From: Opitutaceae bacterium
GTDB lineage: Bacteria; Verrucomicrobiota; Verrucomicrobiia; Opitutales; Opitutaceae
Direction of reading: 5' to 3'
Assembly: GCA_035626915.1 (NCBI GenBank)
Contig: DASPMS010000011.1
Location: forward strand, 16,179 to 80,178
DNA: 64,000 nt
The notes under the pieces are model-generated. The model saw nothing but the letters and a program-made list of their open reading frames with translations, was not told where the DNA came from and ran no database searches. The translations under genes and the position numbers were made by a program. Below, piece by piece: positions 1 to 8,654 of this stretch. Positions within the stretch are counted from its first letter, which is position 1. Each line of letters begins with the position of its first letter.

Positions 1-539
1 GCGCGGCGGCGGCGGTAGAACAGGCGGTCGGCCAGCCCGAGCTCCACGACGAGCCGGGCCCACCCCAGCTCCTCCTCGACCCAGGCGTCCGGATCGGTCG
101 AGTCGCTGAGGATGAAGAAATGGAAGTGCTCCGGCTGCCCCGTGCGGGCCAGCGAGCGCAGGATCGACTCGATGCCAGCGAAGATCCGGTCGGCCGGCTC
201 GTTGTGCACGGGCAGCACGATCGCCGTCGGCGCGAGCGGCACCTCGCCCTCGGCGGGGTCCGGCAGGCTCTGCAGGATCGAGCAGCCGTCGACGCCGCCG
301 CGCCGCGCCATGAAACCGAAGACGGCATGCGCGGCGCCGAAGGCGACCAGCAGGAACAGGACGGTGAACAGGCCCCACGCGAACCAGGCCCAGCCCTTCA
401 CCGGCGAGCCCCAGAGCAGGTCGGCCATGAGGAGCGACGCCAGCCCGGTCATGAACACGACGAACGTGAGCACCGCCATCCGCCGGCGGGTGATGCGGGC
501 GGGCGTGATGAGCGCGGGCTGGAAGGGCGGGTGGGTCAT
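1..539 (-). CDS. opgH: Glucans biosynthesis glucosyltransferase OpgH (MdoH), N-terminal part; gene runs off the window start
   Basis: Not in the ORF track because it is edge-truncated. My reverse-strand translation from the ATG at 539..537 reads MTHPPFQPALITPARITRRRMAVLTFVVFMTG...TAIVLPVHNEPADRIFAGIESILRSL...HFHFFILSDSTDPDAWVEEE...LFYRRRR. This parallels the E. coli MdoH segment PICNEDVNRVFAGL...FDVYILSDS...IFYRRRRRR. The start is immediately adjacent to the stop of the upstream ORF. Confidence 0.8.
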   Translation of the reverse strand, partial: MTHPPFQPALITPARITRRRMAVLTFVVFMTGLASLLMADLLWGSPVKGWAWFAWGLFTVLFLLVAFGAAHAVFGFMARRGGVDGCSILQSLPDPAEGEVPLAPTAIVLPVHNEPADRIFAGIESILRSLARTGQPEHFHFFILSDSTDPDAWVEEELGWARLVVELGLADRLFYRRRR

Positions 540-540
540 C

Positions 541-1080
541 TCAGAAGCGGACCGTGTACAGCACCGCGGCGAGGAGGCAGAAGAAGAGCAGCCAGATGGT
601 GAGCGCGCGCAGCACCGGCCATTTGTCGTACGTGCGCCACGTCCCTTCCGCGACTTCCGACACCGGACCGAGGTCGAGCGGCTGCGGCACCATGCTGGTC
701 GTGTCGCGCAGGTCGGGCGTGGCATGCAGCGGAATCGCGGAGATCGCGGCGCGGGCCGGCGCCGGCAGGACCGGCGAGAGAAAGGCGGAGGGCCAGCGGG
801 CGGGCAGGCCGGCGAGAAGGACGCGCGCGCGGCCGCGGGCGGCGCGGTGGGCGTGGGACTCGTCGCGGAAGGTCGTGCCGTAGGGCGCCGCCCAGTCATC
901 CAGGCGGTCGTGGAGCGCGGCGAGGCCCTGTTCGAGCGGCAGGTGCCGGTCGACGACGTCGCGCGCGTGCGTGCGCGCCAGCGCGGCCGCCTGCGCGGGC
1001 GGCAGGCCGCAGGCGGCGAGGTACGCACGGATCGGGCGGGCGCACTCCTCGAGGCGGGCGCTGCGTTCGTCCGGCGTCAT
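541..1080 (-). CDS. Hypothetical protein with C-terminal transmembrane anchor, between opgG and opgH
   Basis: C-terminal 179 codons of the 541..2214 ORF, starting at MTPDERSARLEE. Its ATG (1080..1078) overlaps the opgG stop as ATGA. The tail WPVLRALTIWLLFFCLLAAVLYTVRF is a hydrophobic helix. The rest of the 557-aa track ORF overlaps opgG out of frame and is rejected. Confidence 0.5.
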   Translation of the reverse strand: MTPDERSARLEECARPIRAYLAACGLPPAQAAALARTHARDVVDRHLPLEQGLAALHDRLDDWAAPYGTTFRDESHAHRAARGRARVLLAGLPARWPSAFLSPVLPAPARAAISAIPLHATPDLRDTTSMVPQPLDLGPVSEVAEGTWRTYDKWPVLRALTIWLLFFCLLAAVLYTVRF

Positions 1081-2582
1081 GGCTGCCAGCGCGTCGTCCA
1101 GGTCTCGCTGATGGCGCGCTGGTCGAGCATCAGGCGCGCGCGGATGTCCACCGCCGGGCCGCCGGGCTTCGCGGCGAGCCGCAGGATCAGCCGCCGGCGG
1201 CCGTCGTCCTGCCGCCGCATCACCTGCACGTGGCGGATCTCGGCGGGGCCCGACACCGAGACGTCGGCGGTGATCGCCGCCTCGGCCGGGATGGACGCGA
1301 GCGAGCCGCCGTCGAAATCGACCACGTACTTCGTGAGGTCCGGCCCGCCGTCGTGCACCGTGCGGCGCGTGGCCTCGACCCAGCCGGGCGGGCCGCCGAA
1401 GTGCTTGGCGGAGGTCCAGCGCTGGCGCCAGGCGAGCTCGTACGGCTCGCCCGGCTCCACCGGGTTCTGCGGGACCCAGAAGGCGGTCACGTTGTCGTGG
1501 TACTCCGTGTTCGAGGGGATCTCGACGAGGCGCACGCGGCCGGGCGGCCAGGAGCCGATGGGCTCGACCCAGACGGACGGGCGCGCGTCGTAGCGCGCCT
1601 CCGGGTCCTCGTAGTTGATCATGGCCCGGTCGCGCTGGAGCAGGCCGAAGCCGGTGAAGGCGGTGGTTTCGAAATCCGTGTGCCAGACCCCGGGCGGGTT
1701 GAGCAGCGGACGCCAGAGCCGCGTCTCGGGGTCGGGGGCCACGAGCAGCCCGTCCGAATCGTGCACCTCCGGACGGAAGTCGCCGTAGCGGTGCGGCGAC
1801 GCCTCGCCGAACCAGAACATGCTGCTCAGCGGCGCGAAGCCGACGACGTCGACCCGGCGCCGGAAGAAGAGCGTCGCGCGGGTCTCGATCACGGTCTCGT
1901 CGCCCGGCGTGATGTTGAACGTGTAGGCCCCCGCCACGCTCGGGCCGTCGAGCAGCGCGTGAATGTGCAGCGTCTGGTCGTCCGGGATCGGCTTGCGGAT
2001 CCAGAACTCGGTGAACGCCGGAAACTCCTCCGGCGCGGGCCCCCCGGCGTTGAGCGCGAGGCCGCGGCCCGACAGGCCGTAGAAATGCCCCTTGCCGAGC
2101 GCCCGGTAGTAGCTGGCGCCGAGGAAGGAGATCATCTCGTCCCACTTGTCGGCCCGGTTCAGGGGATGGAGCACGCGGAAGCCGGCGTAGTTGAGCCCGC
2201 GCTGGCTGAACCACGGCACCTCGATGTCGTGGAAGTCGAACAGGCTCCGCGCGAACGGGATCGGCTGCGCGTGCGAGTCGGTGATCTCGTGCATCTGCAG
2301 CGCGCGGGTGAACAGGTACCCGGGATGATAGAACTCGAGCCGGAACCGCAGGCCGGCGTCGTACCAGAGCGCCTGCTCCCGCCGGAAGGTGATCCGCTGG
2401 TAAGTGTCGTAGTTCATCTGCCGGTAGAACTCATGGACCTCGCCCCGGCCCGGCTCGTACGCCGCCGCGGCGCGTTCGCGGGCGAGGCGCGCGACGAACG
2501 CGTGGTCGACCGACACGCGCTCGACCCCCCGGACGGCGGGAAGGAGCGCGAGGGAAAGGAGGAACAGGATTCGGACGGGCAT
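1077..2582 (-). CDS. opgG: Periplasmic glucan biosynthesis protein OpgG/MdoG family
   Basis: 501-aa ORF with a Sec-type signal peptide (MPVRILFLLSLALLPAVRG). MdoG-family hallmarks appear throughout: FYHPGYLF, GASYFRA-like ISFLGASYYRALGKG, YGLSGRGLA, FPAFTEFWI, HDSDGL, DNVTAFWVP. Confidence 0.9.
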   Translation of the reverse strand: MPVRILFLLSLALLPAVRGVERVSVDHAFVARLARERAAAAYEPGRGEVHEFYRQMNYDTYQRITFRREQALWYDAGLRFRLEFYHPGYLFTRALQMHEITDSHAQPIPFARSLFDFHDIEVPWFSQRGLNYAGFRVLHPLNRADKWDEMISFLGASYYRALGKGHFYGLSGRGLALNAGGPAPEEFPAFTEFWIRKPIPDDQTLHIHALLDGPSVAGAYTFNITPGDETVIETRATLFFRRRVDVVGFAPLSSMFWFGEASPHRYGDFRPEVHDSDGLLVAPDPETRLWRPLLNPPGVWHTDFETTAFTGFGLLQRDRAMINYEDPEARYDARPSVWVEPIGSWPPGRVRLVEIPSNTEYHDNVTAFWVPQNPVEPGEPYELAWRQRWTSAKHFGGPPGWVEATRRTVHDGGPDLTKYVVDFDGGSLASIPAEAAITADVSVSGPAEIRHVQVMRRQDDGRRRLILRLAAKPGGPAVDIRARLMLDQRAISETWTTRWQP

Positions 2583-2612
2583 GGGAGGAGAGTTTGTGCG
2601 GCCGGGCCGTCC

Positions 2613-2807
2613 TCAGTCCCCGCATTCGGCGTTGAGTTCCCGTTCCAGTGCGTCACGTGACAGACCGGTGCGCTCCTGGAGTCGCGCCAGCAGCTCTTCC
2701 TCGCGGCCCTTCACGTACCCGAGGTCGTCATCGGTGAGGCTCGCGAAGCGTTGCTTCAGCCTGGCTTGGGCGGCGCGCCAGCGCGCCGAGAGGTCGGTCT
2801 TGTTCAT
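2613..2807 (-). CDS. CsbD-family general stress protein
   Basis: 64 aa, MNKTDLSARWRAAQARLKQRFASLTDDDLGYVKGREEELLARLQERTGLSRDALERE. This matches the CsbD pattern (W.Q.KG..K..WGKLTDDDL..I.G.R..L.G.IQE.YG...E.AE.E). Confidence 0.8.
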   Translation of the reverse strand: MNKTDLSARWRAAQARLKQRFASLTDDDLGYVKGREEELLARLQERTGLSRDALERELNAECGD

Positions 2808-3159
2808 GTCTCTTCCCCGGGTTGTGGTCGGCCGGCTCGCCGGGGCGGTCCCGGCGGGGCGAACGGGAGGGCGCGGACGCGGCCGCGGGCGGGACCGGTT
2901 GGGCCGGGGCGGGCTCCTCCGGCAGGCGCGGCGTGGTGGCCTCGCCGAGCTTCGCGGCCGAGACGGCGCCGCCGGGCTGCTGGTTCACCGCGGGGTCCAC
3001 CCCGAGGACCTGGCTCTGTGCCTCGAGCCAGATCGCGACGTCGCGGCCTTCCGGGCGGCCATACCGTTCCCACAGCTTCCGGGCCTGCGCGGAAATCGCA
3101 TCGTGCAGGGCGAGCGCGCGCGTGTCGGTCGGCACCGGGCCGGGCGGGATCGGCTTCAT
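2728..3159 (-). CDS. DUF2934-domain protein
   Basis: Internal start MKPIPPGP (ATG 3159..3157) of the 2728..3597 ORF. It carries the DUF2934 signature HDAISAQARKLWERYGRPEGRDVAIWLEAQSQV. The Pro/Ala-rich tail runs 80 nt into the csbD gene in another frame, so the true C-terminus is uncertain. Confidence 0.6.
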   Translation of the reverse strand: MKPIPPGPVPTDTRALALHDAISAQARKLWERYGRPEGRDVAIWLEAQSQVLGVDPAVNQQPGGAVSAAKLGEATTPRLPEEPAPAQPVPPAAASAPSRSPRRDRPGEPADHNPGKRHEQDRPLGALARRPSQAEATLREPHR

Positions 3160-3291
3160 CGGGGGACGATACCACCCGGCCCGGCGCAGGGGCATCGGGG
3201 AAAGGCCGGGAAAGGGCGGATGGTTTCTCCTACCCGGCTGGCAGGACATGTGCGGGTGGCAGGGGCTGGGTTTGGCAGGTAAAGTGCGGGC

Positions 3292-3882
3292 ATGCCCCGC
3301 ACCCTTCCGTCCCGCCGGTCCGGACCGGCCGGTTCGCGCGTTCCGCGCTTTTCCCGCAACCTCGTGGCCGCCGGGCTTCTCTTGCTCGGCGGAGCCGCGC
3401 GCGCCGGGGATCCGGGTTCCGGAGCGCCGCCGTCGGCGCCGGCCGTCGCCGCGCCGCAATTTTCGGAGTCCGACCGCGCCCGCTGGCGGGCGTTGCGGGA
3501 GGCGAACGACCGCATCGGCCGCCTCGCGGCCCGCGCGCTGAGATTCACGCCGACGCCGGACGTCCTCATCCTGGCGCACCAGCTGAGGGACGACCATGCC
3601 CGGATGGCGGGGGAGATCGATCGGATGACGCCCGACCCCCGCAGTGCCACCGGCGGCCGGCCGCCGCCGCTCGAAGGGAGCGTCAGCGAGGAGTTCGACC
3701 GGCAGTTCCTCGCCGGCGTGGCCGAGGAGTCCGAGCAGGCGCTCGAGCTGTGCGCGGAGATCGTGCGGGCGGCGGAGGCCCCGGTGCTGCGGGCGTTCGC
3801 GACCGACGCGGTCGTGACTCTGGACCGCAACCTGCAGCGCGTGCGCGAACTGCAGAAGCCCCAGACGAGCAGCACGAAATGA
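3292..3882 (+). CDS. DUF4142-family secreted protein
   Basis: 196 aa with an N-terminal hydrophobic signal (LVAAGLLLLGGAARAG). It has a FDRQFLAGVAEESEQALEL-type motif plus a second helical repeat (ILAHQLRDDHARM), typical of DUF4142. Confidence 0.65.
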   Translation: MPRTLPSRRSGPAGSRVPRFSRNLVAAGLLLLGGAARAGDPGSGAPPSAPAVAAPQFSESDRARWRALREANDRIGRLAARALRFTPTPDVLILAHQLRDDHARMAGEIDRMTPDPRSATGGRPPPLEGSVSEEFDRQFLAGVAEESEQALELCAEIVRAAEAPVLRAFATDAVVTLDRNLQRVRELQKPQTSSTK

Positions 3883-4005
3883 TCAGCCCATGGGGTGTTC
3901 ACCCACCCGGGGACGGCGTTGGAGTTTGCCTCGCGCGCGACCGGAGGTGCAGGCTCGGCATGTCCGGGCCGGGTCGCGCCGCCCCGGACCTCGTACACGC
4001 CGTAA

Positions 4006-5952
4006 ATGAAGCTGTCCCCCGCCGCCTCGTGGACGTTTCGGTCCGTTTGTCGTCGTCGCCTCGTTGCTTTCTTCGCGCTCGCCGTGCCCGCGTCCGCGTC
4101 CGCGCAGGCCGTGCTGACGCCCGCGCAGCTCAAGGGGCTGTCGGTCGAACAACTGCTGGAGCAGGAGGTGCTTTCCGTCTCGCGGCGCCCGGAGGCGCTG
4201 GGCGAGGCGGCGAGCAATCTCTACTTCCTGAACGCCGGCGCGGGCCGGCTGACCGGGGCGCTCAGCCTGCCGGAGGCGCTGCGGCTGGCCACGAACCTCT
4301 TCGTCGCGCAGTCCTCGTCGCACCACTGGGGCGTGACCGCCCGGGGTTTCCTCCGCACGAACGCGCACTCGAGCAAGCTGCTGGTCCTGATCGACGGCCG
4401 CTCGACGTACTCGCCGCTGTTCTCGAACGTGTTCTGGGACACCACGGACACGTTCCTGCCCGACGTGGAGGCGATCGAGGTGATGAGCGGCCCAAGCGGC
4501 GCGAACTGGGGCGCCAACACGGTCAACGGCATCATCAACGTGCGCTCGAAGCCGGCGCATGACACGCTGGGCTCGCTGCTGCACGTCACCGGCGGAAGCG
4601 AGGTCTGGCAGGTGGCCGCGCGGCAGGGCGTCCGCTTCGGCAAGGATGGCGCGGTGCGTTTCTACCTCACGCGCACGGAGCGCGAGCCCACGCTCTCGCC
4701 GCAGGGCACGGAAGACAACGCCGACGGCTGGCACGCGACGATGGGCGGGTTCCGCGCGGACTGGGGTGCGCCCGCCGGGGGCCGCTTCGTCCTCCAGGGC
4801 GAAGGGCTCGTCGGCTCCTTCGACACGCGCCCGCTGCCGCGCGCCGAGCACGACGCGGGCCACGCGATGCTGACGTGGCACGGGCCGGAGCGCAGCGGCG
4901 CCCACACCTGGGGGCGGCTGTATTACGACTATAGCCGGCGCAACATCAACGACGCCCTGCTCCAGACCACGCACACGGTCGACTTCGAGTTCCAGAACGG
5001 GATGGAGCTGGCGGGCGGCCAGCGCCTGCTCTGGGGCGGCAACTTCCGCCGGATCCGCGACTCCGCGGAGGACACGGTGGGCTTCGTCATCCTGCCCGAG
5101 AAGCTCTGGTACAACGTCCTCAGCGGCTTCGCGCAGTACGAGCTCCCGTTGCCGGACGACGCGTGGCGGGCGACGCTCGGCGCGCGCGTGGAGGACACGG
5201 GGCTCGGGGACGTGGAATTCCAGCCCACCGTGCGGCTGGCGTGGCGCGGCGAGGACCGCACGGCGTGGTTCAGCGCGGCGCGCGCCACGCGGACGCCCTC
5301 GCGGCTGGACCGCGGGTTCCACGCGCCCGCCGCGCCGCCCTATTTCGTCACGGGCGGCCCGGATTTCGGATCCGAGGAGCTGTACGCTTTCGAGCTGGGC
5401 TGCCGGGCGCAGCCGCGGACGAACGTCTCGTGTTCGCTGACGGCCTACCTCCATGAATACGACAGCCTCCGGAGCGTGGACCCCGTGCCGCCGATCAACA
5501 TCGAAAACGACGTGGAGGGACGCAGCTACGGCATCGAGGCGCAGTTCGACTGGCAGATCCGGACCGGCGTGCGTGCGCGGTTCGGCGGCTTTTGGATGCA
5601 GCAGGAGACCTGGATCGAGCCGGGCGGCACCGATTCCGAGGGGGCGATGGGCGAGTCGAGCGTCCCCGACCACCAGGTATTCGCCCGCGTGATGTACGAC
5701 ATGGACGAGCGCACGCAGCTGTGGCTGGGCCTCCGGCGCATCGGCGAGGTGCCCGCGGCGGCCAACGGCGGCGGAGTGGTGCCCGCGTACACGGAGCTCG
5801 ACGCGCAGGTCACCTGGCAGGCGCGGCCCGGCCTGGAGCTCGCCCTGGTCGGGCGCAACCTGCTCGACCGGTCCCACCCGGAGATCGGCGGCCTGAACAC
5901 GCGGCGGGAGATCCCGCGCAGCATCTACGCCCGGGTCCGCTGGCGGCACTGA
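4006..5952 (+). CDS. TonB-dependent outer-membrane receptor
   Basis: 648 aa with a signal peptide (VAFFALAVPASASAQA). Plug-domain motifs are present: VLSVSRRPE...LPEALRLATNLFV, IDGRSTYSPLFSNVFWD, VEAIEVMSGPSGANWGANTVNGIINV. A long beta-barrel-like C-terminus ends in aromatic/basic residues. Confidence 0.85.
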   Translation: MKLSPAASWTFRSVCRRRLVAFFALAVPASASAQAVLTPAQLKGLSVEQLLEQEVLSVSRRPEALGEAASNLYFLNAGAGRLTGALSLPEALRLATNLFVAQSSSHHWGVTARGFLRTNAHSSKLLVLIDGRSTYSPLFSNVFWDTTDTFLPDVEAIEVMSGPSGANWGANTVNGIINVRSKPAHDTLGSLLHVTGGSEVWQVAARQGVRFGKDGAVRFYLTRTEREPTLSPQGTEDNADGWHATMGGFRADWGAPAGGRFVLQGEGLVGSFDTRPLPRAEHDAGHAMLTWHGPERSGAHTWGRLYYDYSRRNINDALLQTTHTVDFEFQNGMELAGGQRLLWGGNFRRIRDSAEDTVGFVILPEKLWYNVLSGFAQYELPLPDDAWRATLGARVEDTGLGDVEFQPTVRLAWRGEDRTAWFSAARATRTPSRLDRGFHAPAAPPYFVTGGPDFGSEELYAFELGCRAQPRTNVSCSLTAYLHEYDSLRSVDPVPPINIENDVEGRSYGIEAQFDWQIRTGVRARFGGFWMQQETWIEPGGTDSEGAMGESSVPDHQVFARVMYDMDERTQLWLGLRRIGEVPAAANGGGVVPAYTELDAQVTWQARPGLELALVGRNLLDRSHPEIGGLNTRREIPRSIYARVRWRH

Positions 5953-5956
5953 GGCC

Positions 5957-6532
5957 ATGACCACCGGCGCCCATCTGCCCGCCTTCGGTTGGTCGTCGCT
6001 GCGCGCGGCCGGCGCGGCGCTGGCGGCGCTGCTGCTGGCGGCCGCCGCGGTCGGGCAGCCGTCGCGCGAGTACGACCTCAAGGCGGTGTTCCTGTACAAC
6101 TTCGCGACCTTCGTCGACTGGCCGGAATCGGCCTTCCCCGGCCCCGACACGCCGTTCGTCATCGGGGTGCTCGGCGACGACCCGTTCGGCGCGGCGCTGG
6201 ACGAGATCGTGGCGGGCGAGCGCGTGAAGAACCGGCCGCTGGCGGTGCGCCGCTGCCGCGACCTCGCCGAGGCCCGGGCCTGCCACATCCTGTTCATCAG
6301 CGCCTCGGAGCGCGACCGGCTGCGCGAGGTGCTCCGCGACATGGCCGGCCGGCCGATCCTGACCGTCGCCGACGTGCCGCGATTCGTGGAGTCGGGCGGC
6401 ATGATCGGATTTTCGACCGGCGCCCGGGTGCAGCTTCACGTGAACGCGGGGGCGGTCCGGAACAGCGGGCTCACGATTAGTTCTAAGCTCCTGCGCGTGG
6501 CGGTGGTCCGCGAGGTGGCCGCCACGCCGTGA
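5957..6532 (+). CDS. YfiR-family (DUF4154) periplasmic protein
   Basis: 191 aa with a signal peptide. Matches the DUF4154 pattern: YDLKAVFLYNFATFVDWP, FVIGVLGDDPFG, ACHILFIS, ILTVAD..FVESGGMIGF..GARVQLHVN......GLTISSKLL. Its stop overlaps the GTG start of the kinase gene (GTGA). Confidence 0.8.
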   Translation: MTTGAHLPAFGWSSLRAAGAALAALLLAAAAVGQPSREYDLKAVFLYNFATFVDWPESAFPGPDTPFVIGVLGDDPFGAALDEIVAGERVKNRPLAVRRCRDLAEARACHILFISASERDRLREVLRDMAGRPILTVADVPRFVESGGMIGFSTGARVQLHVNAGAVRNSGLTISSKLLRVAVVREVAATP

Positions 6533-8376
6533 CGTTGCTCGCCGACATCCCAGTCCAGCGCAAACTGCGCTACGCGATGCTGCTCACCAGCAGTCTCGCG
6601 CTGCTGCTGGCGTTCGCCGTTTTTCTCGCGGTCGATTTCGCGAACTACCGGAGGAATCTCGTCCAGGGGGTCGTCACGCTGGCGAAGGTCACGGCCGACA
6701 ACAGCACGGCGGCGGTGGCGTTCTCCGATCCGGTGGCCGCGCGCGGGACGATCGAGGCCCTGGAGGCCGACCCGCAGATCGTCGCGGCGGCCCTCTATGC
6801 GGGCGACGGCACGATCCTGGCGCGCTACCTCGGCTCCCCCGACGCGACGATCCCGCCGACGCCCCCGGGCCCGCCGGGCCTCACGGTCCGCGGCGGCTCG
6901 GTGATCGTGGTGCAGCCGGTGGAGGAAAGCGGCCGGATGCTCGGCCTTCTCTATGTTCACGCGACCGAGGACCTGATGCGCGCGCGCATGCGCACCACCG
7001 CCTGGGTCGCCCTGGGCGGCCTGGCGCTGTCGCTGGCCTTCGCCGCGGTGATGGCCGTCTGGCTCGGTCGCACGCTCGCGCGCCCGATCGTCGAGCTCGA
7101 CGCGACCGCCAGCGCCGTCACGGCCGAGCAGGACTACTCGCGCCGGGCCCGGCAGTACGGCCGCGACGAGCTGGGCCGGCTCACCGCCGCGTTCAACGCC
7201 ATGCTGGAATCCGCGCAACGGTCGGTCGCGGCGCTGCGCGAAAGCGAGCAGCGCTTCCGCGTCCTGGCGGACCATGCGCCGGTGCTCATCTGGATGACCG
7301 ATCCGCAGCACCGGCTGGTCTGGGTCAACCAGCGCTGGCTGGAGTTCGCCGGCGGCACGCTCGAGGAGCAGGTGCGCATCGGCTGGGCCGAGGGCATCCA
7401 CCCCGAGGACCGCGACGAGGCGGTCAGCCGGTTCCAGGCCGCGCTGCGCGAGCGCCGGGAGTTCCAGCTGGAGTACCGCCGGCGGCAGCGGGACGGCGAG
7501 TACCGGTGGATCATGAGCAAGGGGATGCCGCGGTTCGACGCGGCGGGCCATTTCCTCGGCTTCATCAGCAGCGGCATCGACGTGTCGGACCGCCGGCAGG
7601 CGGAGGAGGCGATGCTGAAGGCGCGCGACCGGGCGCTCGCGGCCTCGCGCGCGAAGGACAACTTCCTCGCCGCGCTTTCACACGAGCTGCGCACGCCGCT
7701 GACGCCCGTCCTGCTGCTCGCGAGCGAGGAGGCCGTGAACCCCCGCCACGCGCCCGCCGTCCGCGCCGATTTCGAGATGATCGCGAAGAACGTCGCGCTC
7801 GAGGCCCGGCTGATCGACGACCTGCTCGACCTCACCCGCATCACGCGCGGCAAGCTCGCCCTCGACTGGAGCCCGACGGACGCGAACGTCGTCCTGAACG
7901 ACGCGCTGGCCGCGGTCGGCGCGGAGTTCGAGGAAAAGAAGATCGAGCTGCGGCTCGAACTCGCCGCCCCGCGCCACCGCCTCATGGCGGATCCGGTCCG
8001 CCTGCAGCAGGTGTTCTGGAACGTGCTGAAGAACGCGGCGAAGTTCACGCCCGCGGGCGGCCGGGTGACGATCGGGACGTCGGTCGTCGACCGCTGCCGG
8101 CTGCTGGTCCGCGTCACCGACACGGGCATCGGCATGACCGCGCCCGAGCTGGCGCGCGTGTTCGAGGCCTTCGCGCAGGGCGACCATGCGGAAGGGGGCC
8201 ACCGGTTCGGCGGGCTGGGCCTGGGCCTGGCGATCACCGAGCGGCTCGTGCAACTGCACGGCGGCTCCATCCGGGCCACCAGCCCGGGCCGCGGGCTCGG
8301 CTCGACGTTCGAGATCGAGCTGCCGCTGGCCGAGGTGCCGGAGGAGCAGGAAACCCCGGGGTTTGCCCGGGTCTGA
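6529..8376 (+). CDS. Sensor histidine kinase (CHASE8-like N-terminal sensor, HAMP, PAS, HisKA, HATPase_c); no receiver domain
   Basis: 615 aa. The N-terminus VQRKLRYAMLLTSSLALLLAFAVFLAVDF...EALEADPQIVAAALY is typical of CHASE8-type sensors. A second TM segment plus HAMP (LARPIVELDATA...FNAML) and a PAS domain (PVLIWMTDPQHRLVWVN..W.EF.G) follow. Kinase boxes: H-box FLAALSHELRTPLTPV, N-box WNVLKNAAKFTP, G-boxes DTGIGM and GGLGLGLAI. Confidence 0.9.
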   Translation: MTLLADIPVQRKLRYAMLLTSSLALLLAFAVFLAVDFANYRRNLVQGVVTLAKVTADNSTAAVAFSDPVAARGTIEALEADPQIVAAALYAGDGTILARYLGSPDATIPPTPPGPPGLTVRGGSVIVVQPVEESGRMLGLLYVHATEDLMRARMRTTAWVALGGLALSLAFAAVMAVWLGRTLARPIVELDATASAVTAEQDYSRRARQYGRDELGRLTAAFNAMLESAQRSVAALRESEQRFRVLADHAPVLIWMTDPQHRLVWVNQRWLEFAGGTLEEQVRIGWAEGIHPEDRDEAVSRFQAALRERREFQLEYRRRQRDGEYRWIMSKGMPRFDAAGHFLGFISSGIDVSDRRQAEEAMLKARDRALAASRAKDNFLAALSHELRTPLTPVLLLASEEAVNPRHAPAVRADFEMIAKNVALEARLIDDLLDLTRITRGKLALDWSPTDANVVLNDALAAVGAEFEEKKIELRLELAAPRHRLMADPVRLQQVFWNVLKNAAKFTPAGGRVTIGTSVVDRCRLLVRVTDTGIGMTAPELARVFEAFAQGDHAEGGHRFGGLGLGLAITERLVQLHGGSIRATSPGRGLGSTFEIELPLAEVPEEQETPGFARV

Positions 8377-8428
8377 TTCCGGGCGCCAGGCGGATGGCGG
8401 GCCCCGGAGTCCGGGGCTACGGTGACCC

Positions 8429-8644
8429 ATGTTCGGCTACATCCTGGCGTGCCTCATCGGCGGCGTCCTCCTCGTCCTCCTGGTGGCGAGCCTGTCGCGT
8501 GCGCGGCCGGCAGGACAGGACCGTCCCGAGGGGCATGCGGTGCAGCGGGACAAACCCGCGGCCGACGAGCCGACGCCCGACCGCTCCGCCACCGCGCCCG
8601 AGGGCGCCGTGCGCGCGGCCAAGCGCCGGATCCCGCCCGCCTGA
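8429..8644 (+). CDS. Small hypothetical membrane protein
   Basis: 71 aa. One N-terminal TM helix (FGYILACLIGGVLLVLLVASL) is followed by a polar tail. It sits 10 nt upstream of the DUF748 gene. No recognisable family. Confidence 0.35.
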   Translation: MFGYILACLIGGVLLVLLVASLSRARPAGQDRPEGHAVQRDKPAADEPTPDRSATAPEGAVRAAKRRIPPA

Positions 8645-8654
8645 CTCCGCGACC

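Noticed and set aside
3883-6402. 839-aa minus-strand ORF; likewise 112..1593 (+), 2751..4562 (+), 41671..43803 (+), 45382..47352 (-), 46517..48802 (-) and 13840..15672 (+)
   Set aside because: All overlap better-supported genes on the other strand or frame, and all translate to Arg/Ala/Gly/Pro-rich strings. They were treated as artefacts of stop-codon scarcity at about 70% GC.
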